From positions 7,378,001 through 7,442,000 of the forward strand of contig NC_092672.1 in NCBI RefSeq assembly GCF_964355755.1: a stretch of 64,000 nucleotides of DNA, written 5' to 3'. A program made the position numbers and the translations under genes. Source of the DNA: Antedon mediterranea. Taxonomy: Eukaryota > Animalia > Echinodermata. Position 1 is the first letter of the stretch; every line of letters begins with the position of its first letter. The notes under the pieces were generated by a model, which worked only from the letters and a program-made list of their open reading frames with translations, ran no database searches and was not told where the DNA came from. Below, piece after piece: positions 49,256 to 62,203 of the stretch.

Positions 49256-52200
49256 GTATACTATAAAATGTATAATATGAGTGTAAATGTTGAATATAGG
49301 TTTTCTGTAAAATGCTCCTACTTAAGTTAATACCACTAAAATATTTGTTGAAGTGAAATACTTAGTGTTAAAGGAAAATATCTGACTTAAGTGTGATTGG
49401 TGAAAATGGGAACTGGATTAATTGGTGGTGTATTAGTAGTATATTTTTACTTTTGATTTATTAAACATTACTTATTTTACCAATAAGCAATACAAATTTA
49501 TAAATAACATTTTTATTTTTTTATTTTTTATTTAATCGGTATAAAAAGACTCAAAATACAACTCATAGTTGAAATGAAGAGCTTACATATGAAAATGATA
49601 ATTCACATAAAACGATGAAAAAAGTTAAACGATGAAAAAACACATTAAGGCCTATGATACAGTAATAATTTCTGTACAATTGATTAAACTTAAAATTACT
49701 ATAAAAATTGCACAAAGGTCAAAAGATAAAATTAATAATTACAAATTCTGAAATATTTACAAATTTAAAAAATAGACACTAATATTATTAATCACATTAT
49801 TTTTATACACCAATAATATATATGTATAATTCATATGAATGAATGAATGTGCAAGCATGGTGGTGGGTTATATTAATCAGGGAAATATATTTTTGATTTA
49901 TGCAGGGATATTTATAATAATAATAATAAGTATTATTCATTTTTTAAATGTTTTATTTCGCAATCTCTGGTCCCAGTTAAGCTTGAGAACGATAATAAAT
50001 ACAGTTGTACTATTACTTTTACCTTTAAAATCTAAAATTGAAGGCCATTAAACTTAACGTCTATTATTAGTGCAGGACGAAAGAAAATTACAACCAATTA
50101 ATTGAAGCAAGGCAATTCAACATTGCCTTGATTGGAGCATACATCTTTAATATCCAGTTTTTATTTCCGTTTGTACCTTTTTTTTTATTTCTGTAAATCA
50201 ACATTTTTTTTTCACTTTGAACATTTCATTATGTCTTTGATTATATTTTATTTAATTAATATTATAAGAATTACTTTATATTTTAATATGTTATTAATAT
50301 TATTCAAACTACTTAGTTTTCAACATACAGTATTATTATATAGGCCTATATATAAAATTGAACTACAAATTAGATGCAGGTTAGTAGAATGAGATTCATA
50401 GTTTTATTTCAAACTTCTTAGATGTTTAGAAAAATTGGTATAGAAGTTTTTAGTACTGAAATGTAGAAAAATGTAATGTTTGTAAAATTTACGACATATT
50501 ACGAAAATGGCAATTATATGTATATATAATATATTATATTCATAATTTTTAGTTGAATTGAGTGCAGTTTTTCGATGAATAAATTGTCTTCAATGGTTAA
50601 TTTTGTTTGTACGAAAGCCCATTATTGTCACTGCATGTACTGTGATTTGCTGTGACACTATTAGGCCCTCGTATATTTTGTATTTATGTTCAGCTACTGA
50701 ATATCAGTGAGAGTCGCATACAGTTTCAATCAAAAATAAAGCAACACAATGTTTAAAATGGTTTGTGAACGCAAGTCTTGTAACTTGAAGGAGTGCAAAG
50801 TTATAAGTTTGGTACAACGAGGGGAGTTCACTGGATACAACAACTTGACATAACTATTCGTTTCTTAACCGATTTTCAGGCCGCCATTTAACCGGTTATT
50901 AAACATTTTTCCTGTGTCTGCTGCCAAGAAATTGTGGTTAATTTATTCACATGGTTAATAATCGGTTATTTTTCCGCAGCAAAAACAGGTTATATTAATG
51001 GGATAACTGCGCTGATAATGACAACATAATACAACTTATGATGATTCACGCGAAGTTGGGCTGACGAGAAAAACGTATTAAACGCGGGAAAAGCAACAAG
51101 ACGTAACATAAAACGAGGTGGAATCAACAATTCAATTCTTCAATTCAATTCTTTATTACATCAAAACAAATTTGATAAATTAACATCAAGAAGGTATAAG
51201 CAACAAAACAAACAACATCAGAACTTTCAAAATAATTAATATATCTCCTAAAAAAGCGGAGTTAACATAAACCATAAATCGATAACAGGCAAAATAATAT
51301 CAAAATCATGCGCGACAAATTGAATTAATATGTCATTGTCAAAATAAATAAATAATAATAAATAGCTCCATCTCTAACATTGCTATACAAATCATAATGT
51401 AAATCTGAATAAACTGATCATTTGATTAAAAAATGAAATTCGCCTTTAATTCCGTTCCTATTGCAAAAGGTATATAGTCTATCAGAGGGAAAAGTTTGGG
51501 TATGGTGCCCCCTTTTCAATCATCAACAACGAATATGCTCTTGTTCTCAGTTGCACAATTCGAGCGCATCTCGACATTGAATAGTCCACAAATTCATTTC
51601 ATTTCATTATTTATTCGGTCTATTTCAGTACATGAAAAAAAAATGAAATCGGAGAGACCAGTGTTAACTTAAGTGAACTTAATCACTGTAGCTGAACCGG
51701 TTGACCCAACCCCATAGTCAGTTTACACATAAAGGACAACAAATACAGTTAAAGCTAGGTACAGGCATGAATTTTAAATATAATATCTGGTTAATTGTAC
51801 ATAAATCAAATATTTGTAACAGAAATCAAGACTAAAAAACATGAATTTCCCTTAATATGGCCAAATACAAAATTTGGCAAAATTCTGTCATAAAAACCAG
51901 GACCTTTTTTCAGTAGTTGGGTAGTTTAACCAAATTTAATAACATGTCTGGTGACTCCCTAGAAGGTGAACAAAGATGGTGGATATACAGTGGATAATTT
52001 TTGCTATAGCATGAAAATAAAAATCTGAAGTTGAATAAAAATACCAGAAATGTAAAATTTAAGTTATATTACCTATATTTAGACATCTGATTATATTTTT
52101 TACCACACCGTTTATTTTTCATAACTTTTTAAAATGCATCTCTATTTACAAAATGTGTGTATAAAAGAATAGAGATTTTACTGTGTAATTTAAGCTATCC

Positions 52201-52379
52201 CTCACTGATAAGAAAGTGCTTATTTTCAACAAGCTTTTGTAACACAAATAAAATCCCAAAAATTATGAAACATAGGGAAAACTATAGATCGATAATTATT
52301 GGAATGTATGATCTATAGTATTTTTTTGCCCGTACGGGCCTTTAAAGCGAATCAAAATGAATGTTACATTTTCTAATGA

Positions 52380-52760
52380 CTGCAGAATCTGTAATGGTCT
52401 GGGAAGCTGGTCTCAGACACGGGGTAGCTGAAGCATGTGTCCTTAATGCTTGGTGGAGGAAGCACAGGTAATTATTGTGACAAAAGTATTTTTAATAGGC
52501 AATAGGTGCGCATCTTCAACTGATTGTTGTTGATATCATTAATCCAACAAACGCGAAATTGTTCATATCCGTCCTTTTTAACTGAGAGAAATTTTTTCCA
52601 GACGTAACCTAAATGGCAACAATTAAGTAAATAGTGCAAGTTTCTGTTAGCAATCAAACATCCTTTACAACGCCAGGCCTACTCAATAAATCGTGCACCT
52701 TCAAGTTCACGGTTTCGTAGACGTTCTCATTCTGGTTTTAGGTAAATTAATAATAATTAT
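52380..52760 (-). mobile_element. Possible decayed LINE ORF2 C-terminal fragment
   Basis: Translation W-INDINNNQLKMRTYCLLK resembles the KLRTY..FK motif near LINE ORF2 ends. Confidence 0.4.
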
Positions 52761-52914
52761 TAACGAACGAATTAAGATTGCGACAAGACAGTTTGAGGGC
52801 TAGGTATGAATACTTTTTATTTTATGTCTAGGCAATGTTGTAAGAGTCTTAATTAAGGACGGACCAATTTAATTCAACAGTCACATGGATCGTGTAGGGT
52901 CTATCTATAATTTT

Positions 52915-52998
52915 TAATCTTAGGTCTTGGGTCTTAGCTTTCGTGATCTTAGGTCTTAGGGGGTCTTAGCTTTCGTGGTCTTAGGTTTCGTGACACCC
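52915..52998. repeat. Short ggtcttag / tttcgtg tandem motif, probably a transposon subterminal array
   Basis: Repeated ggtcttagctttcgtg ending in tttcgtgacaccc. Confidence 0.5.
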
Positions 52999-54407
52999 TA
53001 TATATAACACATATGTGTAGGCCTAATCGAGTTTCTGGTATAGTGTAGTGATTTAGTTGTGATATTTTGCAAATAAATTAAACCCGGCCTTGCCTAAAAT
53101 TTAGTGAATTATCATTCAATTAACTTGTTGGCATATATAGGCTAATAATATAAGCAAATACATCATGGAAAAAAAACGTGCTGGCATAAGCTTATGTTGA
53201 TGTACGAAAGCCCAATACACTAGAAGTAGGCATATGTTAGTATTGTGAATTAAAAGGGCACATTTGAACCTCCGTGTGTGTATTATTATCGAATTGTATT
53301 GTTTACACTAGCGTATATAATATCATAACCTCAGGCTATATTATTGAATGTGTGCAATGGACTATATGACCTCACATTGCCTAACATTAGCTATAACAAT
53401 TTCGGTTGGCCACCATTGTCACCAGTGAGAGTTTATTGTCTGGGTAATTGGGTAAGCAACTATCTGCATCTTTTATTGAATTTTACGTTTTAATTTGTTT
53501 TCATTATTTGTACCTAGTATTTAGTTATAGTTGTTTGCTGTGCATACACTAATTTAGTTAATAATAGCTGCTATCAGTTCTTATGATAGCTGAAATGACT
53601 CTGATAGCTGTATTTAATTGTCTTTGATTCTCTGCCATTCTTAGTATGCTGAAATAAAATAGCACATGCATACTGTAAGTAATGAGCTTTATATAGATTG
53701 GCCGCTGTAAAAGATGTATTTCCATGTGGGTGGGGGTCTCTAGTCAAAGTTTAGTGTGTCTGGTACTTGCGGTGCAGCGGCGGACATGTTAGTAGGCCTA
53801 TGTCCATGGAGGAATAAATTGTTATTAAATCTATAGAACAAGGTGGGCACCAGGCCAAGGGTATTTCCACCATGGTATGGTGCTACCCATTTAGTGTTCT
53901 GAACTCAATTTGTTATATTCAGTGGAAAAAATGTCTGTCGTTTGTGAATTTGCTATGAGGATGTACGTGCATCCGATGGTGTGACATTAGATGGTATCTT
54001 TCTCCCTATCTGATACCGATTTTTCAGAACATTTTATGCTCCCCCATGTCTATAGGGCCTACGCAGCGGAGGGAGGGGAGGGGGGTGTACCCGGCAGACA
54101 CTCATTTGTATTTACTTTGGCACCATACAGTTACATATTGGTGCCTACTTCATTTAACCAAATGTCTCTGGGTTGCAGGCCTATATCACAGATGAATGTG
54201 ATCATTCATCTCATTATGTAGGCCTAAGTTCCTGTAATCATTAATTTATGAAATTCTGTTTTCTCTTCTCTGTTCTCACCTTTTAATTCCTTATCCAATA
54301 TTATATCTATATCCTATATTCGATTATAAGACGTGTGTATACTATAGGCATAATTTATTTGTATAATTTTACCTTGAATTAGAACTGAAATTTGTAGAAA
54401 AAAAATC

Positions 54408-57400
54408 ATGTCATCGGAAACAAACGAGTTTCGAAAGCAAGGTAAAGAAATGGTTGACAACATAGCTCGGTACATAGATACGATTGAAGAGAGGCCACCG
54501 TTAGCACAAGTAGAACCTGGTTATCTCAGCAAACTGATCCCAAATGCAGCACCACAAAAACCAGACAAATGGGAAGATATTATGAAAGATGTCGAGAAAG
54601 TCATTATGCCTGGTGTAAGTATAGTAGTAGTATTATAATTTAATCTTATTTGGAAATAATTACCATTTTGTGAATGTTTCCATTCGTTGGGCAAAATGTA
54701 CAGTTCTCCTGTGGGATTCGAACCCATAACACACAGATCACTATCTCACAAATAAAAAGAACACATTTTAAAATTGACAGTTGGGGGGAAAATTTAAAAG
54801 CTCAAGAACTTACATTTCCATCATATTGAACGGTGCTTAATGATAAATATCACAGCATTAAGCTTTGCACAAGCTAGTTTGACAAACAAAGAGTGATGTG
54901 GTCAAATTATGGTAGTGATATGAGGTCATATATGGGCCCATCACCTAAAGTTTGATAGTAGAGACAGAGCTTAATAGTAATTCATAATAATTTAATTTAA
55001 GTTGTCTTTTTAAACAGGTTAGCCATTGGCAAAGTCCTAATTTCCATTCTTATTATGAAGCTGGACATTCCTGTCCATCAATACTTGGGGATATGCTAAG
55101 TGATGGCATTGGCTGCCTTGGCTTTTCGTGGGTAATTATTTTTGTTTGTTTTATCAGAGACATCATCAAGAGATCTCTACTATCTATCAAACTACACACA
55201 ATTACAGCCATTTAAATATTATTAATAATGTCAGCATTATTTTATGTAGATTGCCAGCCCAGCTTGCACAGAACTTGAGACGATTGTGGTAGATTGGTTA
55301 GGTAAAGCAATAGGCCTGCCTGAGGAATTCCTGACAGAAGGTAGTGGAAAAGGTGGAGGGGTAATACAGGTAATTTCAAAATTAATTAAATAAATTAAAT
55401 GGTAACACGAAGAGTGGAAAATAAATACTCCGGTGAAATTTTAATTGGTTATATCTTAACCACAAGACCATCACGAGAGATCCAACGATGACCGACTGGC
55501 TAAATATTCTTTGGTCATCAGCGTGTTTGATTCTTTAATGCTACTCATACCGTAATCTTAATATTATTTATTTTCTTTTTCAGGGATCTGCTAGTGAAGC
55601 TACTCTATTTTCTTTGCTGGCAGCCAAGATGAAAACAATTCGTCAGGTTCTTGAAAGGGAGCCGGATAAGGACCAGTACGATGTATTGCCAAAAATGATT
55701 GCCTATACTTCAGACCAGGTGAGAATGCATTGCATTTAAGATAATTATTAAACCGTTCAAACGAACTATTAAACCATTCAATCGAATTATTCCAACATTA
55801 TTGGTATGTGTGGATAGACTTTGTTTCTGGATTTCTTCACTTTTTTAAGTCAATCCAAAGAGTATTAAAGTAGGCTATAAACATCACTTTAAGTTAATTT
55901 TTAATTTTACATGGCACCGCTACAGGCACATGCGTCAGTTGAAAGAGCAGCTTTGATGGGCTCAATCAGAATGAGAATTCTTCCATCAGATGACCAGCAT
56001 GCGATGAGAGGAGACACTTTGAAGAAAATAATCGAAGAAGACAAAGCCAAAGGACTTTTGCCATTCTTTGTAAGAATCATTAGTCGAAAATGTAATTTAT
56101 TTAATTCTATGATACATTTACGTTAATAATGTTATTGTTAGAGTAGGTTTTGTATAAATTTATTTAAAGTTAATTTCAAATATATATATATATTTCTTTT
56201 TATGTAATTATTGTAATTATTGATTTAGGTTTGTGCTACACTTGGAACCACTGGGTGTTGTTCGTTTGATAACTTACAAGAACTTGGAGAAATATGTAAG
56301 AACAAACCAAGATTATTAACCAGACGTTTTATAATTTTTTTCTATTCATTCCTATGTTTTTAATTCAATACAATTATTAATATATGAATAATTTGTCTGT
56401 TTGTTGATAGGTGAAAAAGAAAACATATGGATGCATGTAGATGCTGCATACGCAGGCACAGCTTTTCTATGCCCGGAATTTAGATATCTTTTGAAAGGCG
56501 TCAACGTAAGCGAAATAACAAACTTTATAGCATTAAACCAATAATAATAATGATCGTGTTTTTTATACCGATAGCGCGTATTGCACAATGATTCTAAGCG
56601 CTTCACATTATTACTACGGTCATTTTTTTGGGATTAAACACGTATGGAAACATACTCCCTTAATGCAGCTAGTAATCAGTGCAAAGTTGTGTCTTGATCT
56701 AACCGGGTACACATTTATACTTCTGGGTGGAGAGAAGCAAACGTAACTAAAGTGTCTTGCCTAAGGATACAAACAATGCGACAAACTTTGGATTCTAACT
56801 CACGATCTCACGATCAGTAATCAAACGTAATCACTGCGCCCTGTATACCATTTTTGTAAAATGTAATTTAATGTTAAAGTAAACAGACTAATAGTGTATA
56901 TTATGTATTATTTTAGTACGCCACTTCCTTCAACTTTAACCCCCACAAGATGATGAGAGTAAACTTTGATTGTTCGGCATTGTGGGTAAAAGACGAGGAT
57001 GATCTGGTGCACGCATTCTATATAGATCCTACCTACCTAAAACATAAACATCAGGGAGCAGTCAAAGATTTCAGGGTTAGAAAATTCTTTAAATTACAAA
57101 ATAATAACTGCAATTATTCCAATTTATTACAGCTTAATTTATAATAACTGACGGCTAGATTATCTATGCATAGGTCTAGTTAGTTTTCAGGTTAAAACAC
57201 TAATCACTAATTAACATGAAGTTAATTATCGTCACAGCATTGGCAGATACCCTTTGGAAGACGTTTCCGATCGTTAAAACTGTGGTTTGTTCTCCGAATG
57301 TTTGGAATCGAGCAGCTACAATCCCATGTCAGAAAGGTACGTTTTTCTTGGTATCAAGAGCAGCCCTGTAGATCAAAGGTTATGTGAGTCTAGATGTAGG

Positions 57401-58026
57401 CTATCTGTTTTTTGTTACTTATTATATTATATATTTTATATGCGGATTCGAGTTGCACCCGATAACAAAATAGCACCCGATAACTTCTTCTCAGAATCTA
57501 CAGCATGTGCTCTGATAAAATACATTACTTAATTAATTAATTAAAATAATAGTAAAATTTACATTTTTATTATTTTATCAGCAAGTGCAGTTGGCCCATG
57601 ACTTTGAAAAGCTTGTTTTGTCCGATTCACGATTTGAAATTGTGAACCGTATTGTTCTTGGATTGGTTTGTATCAGATTAAAGGTATGTGTATTATTAGG
57701 GATAACACAATCGTAATTTTAAACAGAATATATATATACTAATACAATGTAGTTATGTAGCCTACCGTGGTGATTAATCGCTTCGTTACGTTTGAACAAT
57801 CGATAACTCTTTCATTTTTTTTAAATATTAGGAATCAGACGAATTGAACAATGCATTATTGGAGAAAATCAATGCTAGTGGTAAAATTCATATGCTATCT
57901 TCAGATTTAAAAGGAAAGGCTGTCCTGAGATTTGCAATCTGTGGGGCATCAACAGAGAATAAGCATATACAATATGCATGGAATGTAATCCGGAGTATTG
58001 CAGACAATCTATTAAGTACTCAATAA
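54408..58026 (+). CDS. DDC: DDC-family PLP decarboxylase, copy 2, intact, divergent substrate pocket, 478 aa
   Basis: Exons: 54408-54614, 55018-55131, 55250-55369, 55584-55718, 55926-56069, 56229-56295, 56411-56505, 56917-57075, 57238-57336, 57582-57683, 57832-58026 (1437 nt, open; internal exon lengths identical to copy 1). Motifs [48 protein letters not shown]. Confidence 0.93.
54871..54973. mobile_element. MITE family A, partial
   Basis: ctagtttgacaaa...atggtagtgatatg...aagtttgatagtagagacagagctta. Confidence 0.7.
56570..56840 (-). mobile_element. tRNA-derived SINE with L2-like tail in DDC copy 2 intron 7
   Basis: Typical SINE body gggtacacatttatacttctgggtggagagaagca..aaagtgtcttgcctaagg, degenerate B-box (gggattctaactc), tail atagcgc..aagcgct. 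Confidence 0.7.
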
Positions 58027-58156
58027 GGTCTTCTACGTAGTTCCATGATGGCACTATCAGTCGGGTTATAAGATTTTGACTACTGCATTAGACATTATAC
58101 ATTGATTCCAACATGTATAATTTCTATCAATTGTACAATGGAATAAGAATTGGTTT

Positions 58157-58569
58157 TACTGAAAATTTAATTAATTAATCATAAACGATAAAGATGAGGA
58201 AATCTGTGAGAATGAGAAAAAGTCTCCAACCTAGATTCGAACCTGGAACCTTCTGCTTGATATACAGATGTACTAACCATTAGACCACTGAGGCTTTCAT
58301 TGTATAGTTCAAACCTGATTGGATAGCGACTCTTTAACATTCTCGGCGTGGTGGTACGGCGGAACATCATTAGTCCCTCAATTGTACGCACACGCACCAG
58401 AGATCAAATTGATACGCCCTCATCTTTTAGTTTATTCACGAAGCGGGATCTCCGAAGAGATAATTTTATATTTATAAACACATTAGGCACAGAACATTAA
58501 TTCTAAAACCGCCTGGTGATATACTGAAATTTAATTAATTAATTTGAAACGATAAGATGAGGAAATCTG
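58157..58569 (-). mobile_element. tRNA-like-containing repeat, copy 2, with ~50-bp terminal direct repeats
   Basis: Minus strand gcctcagtggtctaatggttagtaca...ggttcgaatc (A and B boxes); direct repeat tactgaaa.tttaattaattaat..aaacgataa.gatgaggaaatctg at both ends. Confidence 0.65.
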
Positions 58570-59128
58570 AGGAATTAATGTTCTGTCTAAAACGCAAGAC
58601 CCATGACATCAAATACTTAAATATATGAAATTATCTCTGTACTTCCTATACAATTGCACATTATTTGCAGCCTATTAAAAATGAAATATGAATGAACCCC
58701 ACTAAACTGTACAAGGTTGAAACTTAGAATGAAGCGGTTTTTAAACAAGCAATCTACGAAATAGTATAATTTGTAGAATCGTTGATTATATTTCGCTTTC
58801 GTGAGTTTTTGGATAAAACTTGATATAAATAATTTAGTATATCTGAAAAATTACAAAAGTATAAATTTAATTTTGGATGGCTTTCATGCATGCGGCCTTT
58901 GGCCTTAATGAAAGTCTCCCTGATCCTACATAGTTTGCTTAGTTAATTCTTTCTGGATCAAATAAATCGACTTATGACATGTGTAAATATAGGCCTATTT
59001 ATATTAAGTATGATTATAAATATGATATACATATAATATTTGTATTCAATATTTTTCAGATAATTCATACGGAAAAAATCTTTAATTAGAATGTTTAACC
59101 TTAATATATATAAACAACTAAAATAGCC

Positions 59129-59203
59129 TTAAAAACTGTGGTGCGAATGTTTGGAATCGAGCAACTATAAGAGCATGTCAGAAAGGTTACGTTTTGTTTG
59201 GTA
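59129..59203 (+). pseudogene. Orphan decayed fragment of DDC exon 9 with its donor flank
   Basis: aaaactgtgg..cgaatgtttggaatcgagcaactataagagcatgtcagaaaggttacgtttt matches copy 2 at about 57275-57350, with a deletion and an in-frame TAA. Confidence 0.8.
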
Positions 59204-60147
59204 AAAGAGGAAACCTTAATAGATTCCTATTACAATTGCGGTCAGTTTGATCATTATAATGTATAGATACGTGCATTAACAAATAATTGTATAACAAACA
59301 AACAAACGTACAAACTCTCTCACTTATAATACAGATGTAGATTATAATACTATTATAGGCAATGATGCGATATGAGTATGTCGTACTTTTGTGACTTTCT
59401 TGTGGTGGCTTTTGAATGTGTGCATTTGACTGTGACTCCTTGAGTAACAGAAAATGTTCAGACTCTAAAAAGTAAGGTGTTTCTGTTTTCCATGGAATAT
59501 ATTATATTTCGTTCTTGTTGCTGAATTCAAACAGTAACGTGTCTTTTTTTACCACCCCGACATTTTACTATTTTTTTCTTTTTATATGTAAACTGCTGAT
59601 AAAGGTCATCATTAGTAAAAAAAATTGTAAGCATTTTAAACAGAATATAACACATTTACTTAGGGCTATTATAGTACGTCACAATGCCAAAGTTACCGAG
59701 TTATTTGAGTAGTCGACCACTCCAGCCGCCGTGTATACGTTAGGGCCATTATACAATAAAGTTGAATAGTAGGTGACACATAAACGTTGTCAACTCATAT
59801 TATAGCCTGTTTTGTATCGTCAGATAGGTTTTTACATTATCTCTTAATTTTTCACGAATTTCCCCAAAATCCTATAGATAGGGGAGCAAGAAAGACTGAG
59901 TGTTTGTCTAATGCCTCTCATTCTCTACTATCTTGACATATTAAAATTTAATTTTATTTATTCATTAAGTCACCGTCTGTCGTTATTTTAATAGGGATAA
60001 CATGATTATGCTTTTTGATGCCAGGCCTACAGTTTTTGTTTTAATACAGTGATTGCGGTCGAGTGAAGACGGGTTTGTCCGCAGCTTGCAGCCCGGTTTT
60101 TTCAAACTATATATTCAGCACGAGTATCATATATCCTACAACAACAA

Positions 60148-60400
60148 CCGTCGTGGCCTGGTGGTTATGGTGCTTGGCTGCCAATCCAAGGGTCCTGGGT
60201 TCAAGTCCTGTCATATGTCAGGATTTTTTCTAATGACAATTTACAACTCCACTCCCAAAGACTTGTAATAAAGACTTTGTTTATGTAGAGCATTGTGTGT
60301 ATAATTATGTTTGTCTCGTGAACGGATTGCCACCTTTAAGAAGGATAGTGATTGAATTTGCTTATGGTTATCCTTGGCAATTTGCCTAAATATAAATATA
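60148..60400 (+). mobile_element. tRNA-derived SINE (Gly-GCC-like head)
   Basis: ccgtcgtggcctggtggtta (A box), ggctgccaatcc, gggttcaagtcc (B box), followed by a non-tRNA body; acceptor stem not intact. Confidence 0.65.
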
Positions 60401-60939
60401 TTAACCTTAACACATCATTAACAAATACTTCTATACTACTTGGGACATCGATATCTTCACACAACCATATTCAGGAGTAAAAGAAAAACATTAAACGTTA
60501 TTAATTCAATGTACACAAAGTTATCAGCTCATGTTACGTTTGAGTCGACGGGAATCTATATATAAATTTACGTAAGGGCAACATTCTTCGGTAAATCGCT
60601 CGTTACTTCTAGAATTTGTACTCGATGCTTTATAAAGTTGGTTCATACGTCCACCCAATGTAACCCTGTTTACAAATTAAGTTGAGTTAGATAATTTGTT
60701 GTTGACGTTTAAAACGAATTGAGGTTGAACGATTTGCCCCAAATAGGGGTGTTTTCCGACCGTGATATACACTGTCTAATAGATGTCGATGCTGAAAATA
60801 CCCGTACACAATAATACGAGGATGATTCGCATTTGCCTATTTTCTTCTACGATAATTGATTAAACAGCTCCAGTACAGCATCATAAAGTTACAGAAAAGC
60901 CGATTTTCTTTAAAAAAAAATACTATTTTGATAGATTTA

Positions 60940-61900
60940 ATATACATTTATACATACAACAGGTTCTCCCTTTATTTAATATTTTTATTAATGATTTGAG
61001 GAACTTAGAATTCAAATAGGAGATTTATCAATTAATCATCTACTTTATTGTGCAGATAATCTTATATTATTTAGCGATATGCTTACTGTTTATGGATTAC
61101 AACATTGTTTAATTAAGTTGTCTGTTTATTATGCAAGATGGGATGTAACTTTCAATGTTAAAAAAGGTAGTGTTTACAAATTGTAGTAATCCTAAGAAAT
61201 TTGAAAAATGTAGTTACTTATTACAATGGAAATACAAAATTGACATTGTTAAGTCTTTGAACTATTTAGGAGTTATTTTCAACTCAAATGGTAATTGGAA
61301 TAAAGCAAAAAAAAAAAAAAAACAATTATCAACACGCTAACAAGACTTTGCTACATTACACAGATTCCCTATCCAAATTCGAAGTATAATGAATGAGATT
61401 CGTTACTGGCTGATACCAGGGTGGTAATCCAAATGGATAGTGATAAATGTATTAAACAATGTAATTATGTTTTTCAATTATAGAAAAGCTCAAAGAAATA
61501 AGCAATGTTGGGCCAATGAGGTAAACAAATATTATGTATGAATGGATTTGTTAACATGCTCAACAGGTCAACAATACATATACTTTTATTTCAAATTTTA
61601 AACATTAAATATAATTTTGGTGTTGAAGAATACTTAATTAAAATACAACGTAAACAAACTATGACTAAACCAAGACCAAGGATATTAAACAATAAATACA
61701 TTTGAAATTGAAAAAGGAAGATGGAATCGTATTAATAGAAATTAAAGATTATGCAAATTATGTTCTCTACAATCAATTGAATTGTCCCATTTATTTAGAA
61801 CTAAATTTATATTTCTTTTTATACGAATAACCCATCTAAGTTAAAATTTTATCTCATTACTAAGCTTGGAAAATTCATTTAAACTTAGAGTAGAATTTTG
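60940..61900 (+). mobile_element. Heavily decayed LINE reverse-transcriptase remnant
   Basis: Frameshifted pieces QG-SP-LFNIFINDL, ADNLIL, NYLGVIFNSNG, EIEKGRWN..LCKLC in the expected order. Confidence 0.7.
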
Positions 61901-62203
61901 AAATGGACTCTAATGTTTAATTTATTATTTTATTACCTGTATTGTATATTATTTCGGCCAAAGATCATATATAAAAATGTTTCTTGGATTTTCCAAGGAG
62001 AGAAGAAGTAAACACATTTTTAAAATAGATTCACCTTCTATATCAACAAAGTATAAACAATTTGGATTAATTCATGTTTTACCTCCTCATTTTTCCTATT
62101 TATTCTTAAATGCAGAAACAGTTATTTTTTTATTTTCAAAGAAAATGCATCTTGTTTATCTCTAATACAATTAAAACTGACATTGTTTTTAGAAGAAAAA
62201 ATC

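Noticed and set aside
54408-58026. Calling copy 2 a histidine or tyrosine decarboxylase
   Set aside because: It keeps Gly at position 354 (HDC has Ser) and is clearly a local duplicate of copy 1; substrate cannot be assigned from sequence.
60148-60225. Functional tRNA-Gly gene
   Set aside because: Acceptor and anticodon stems are not properly paired and a SINE-like body follows.
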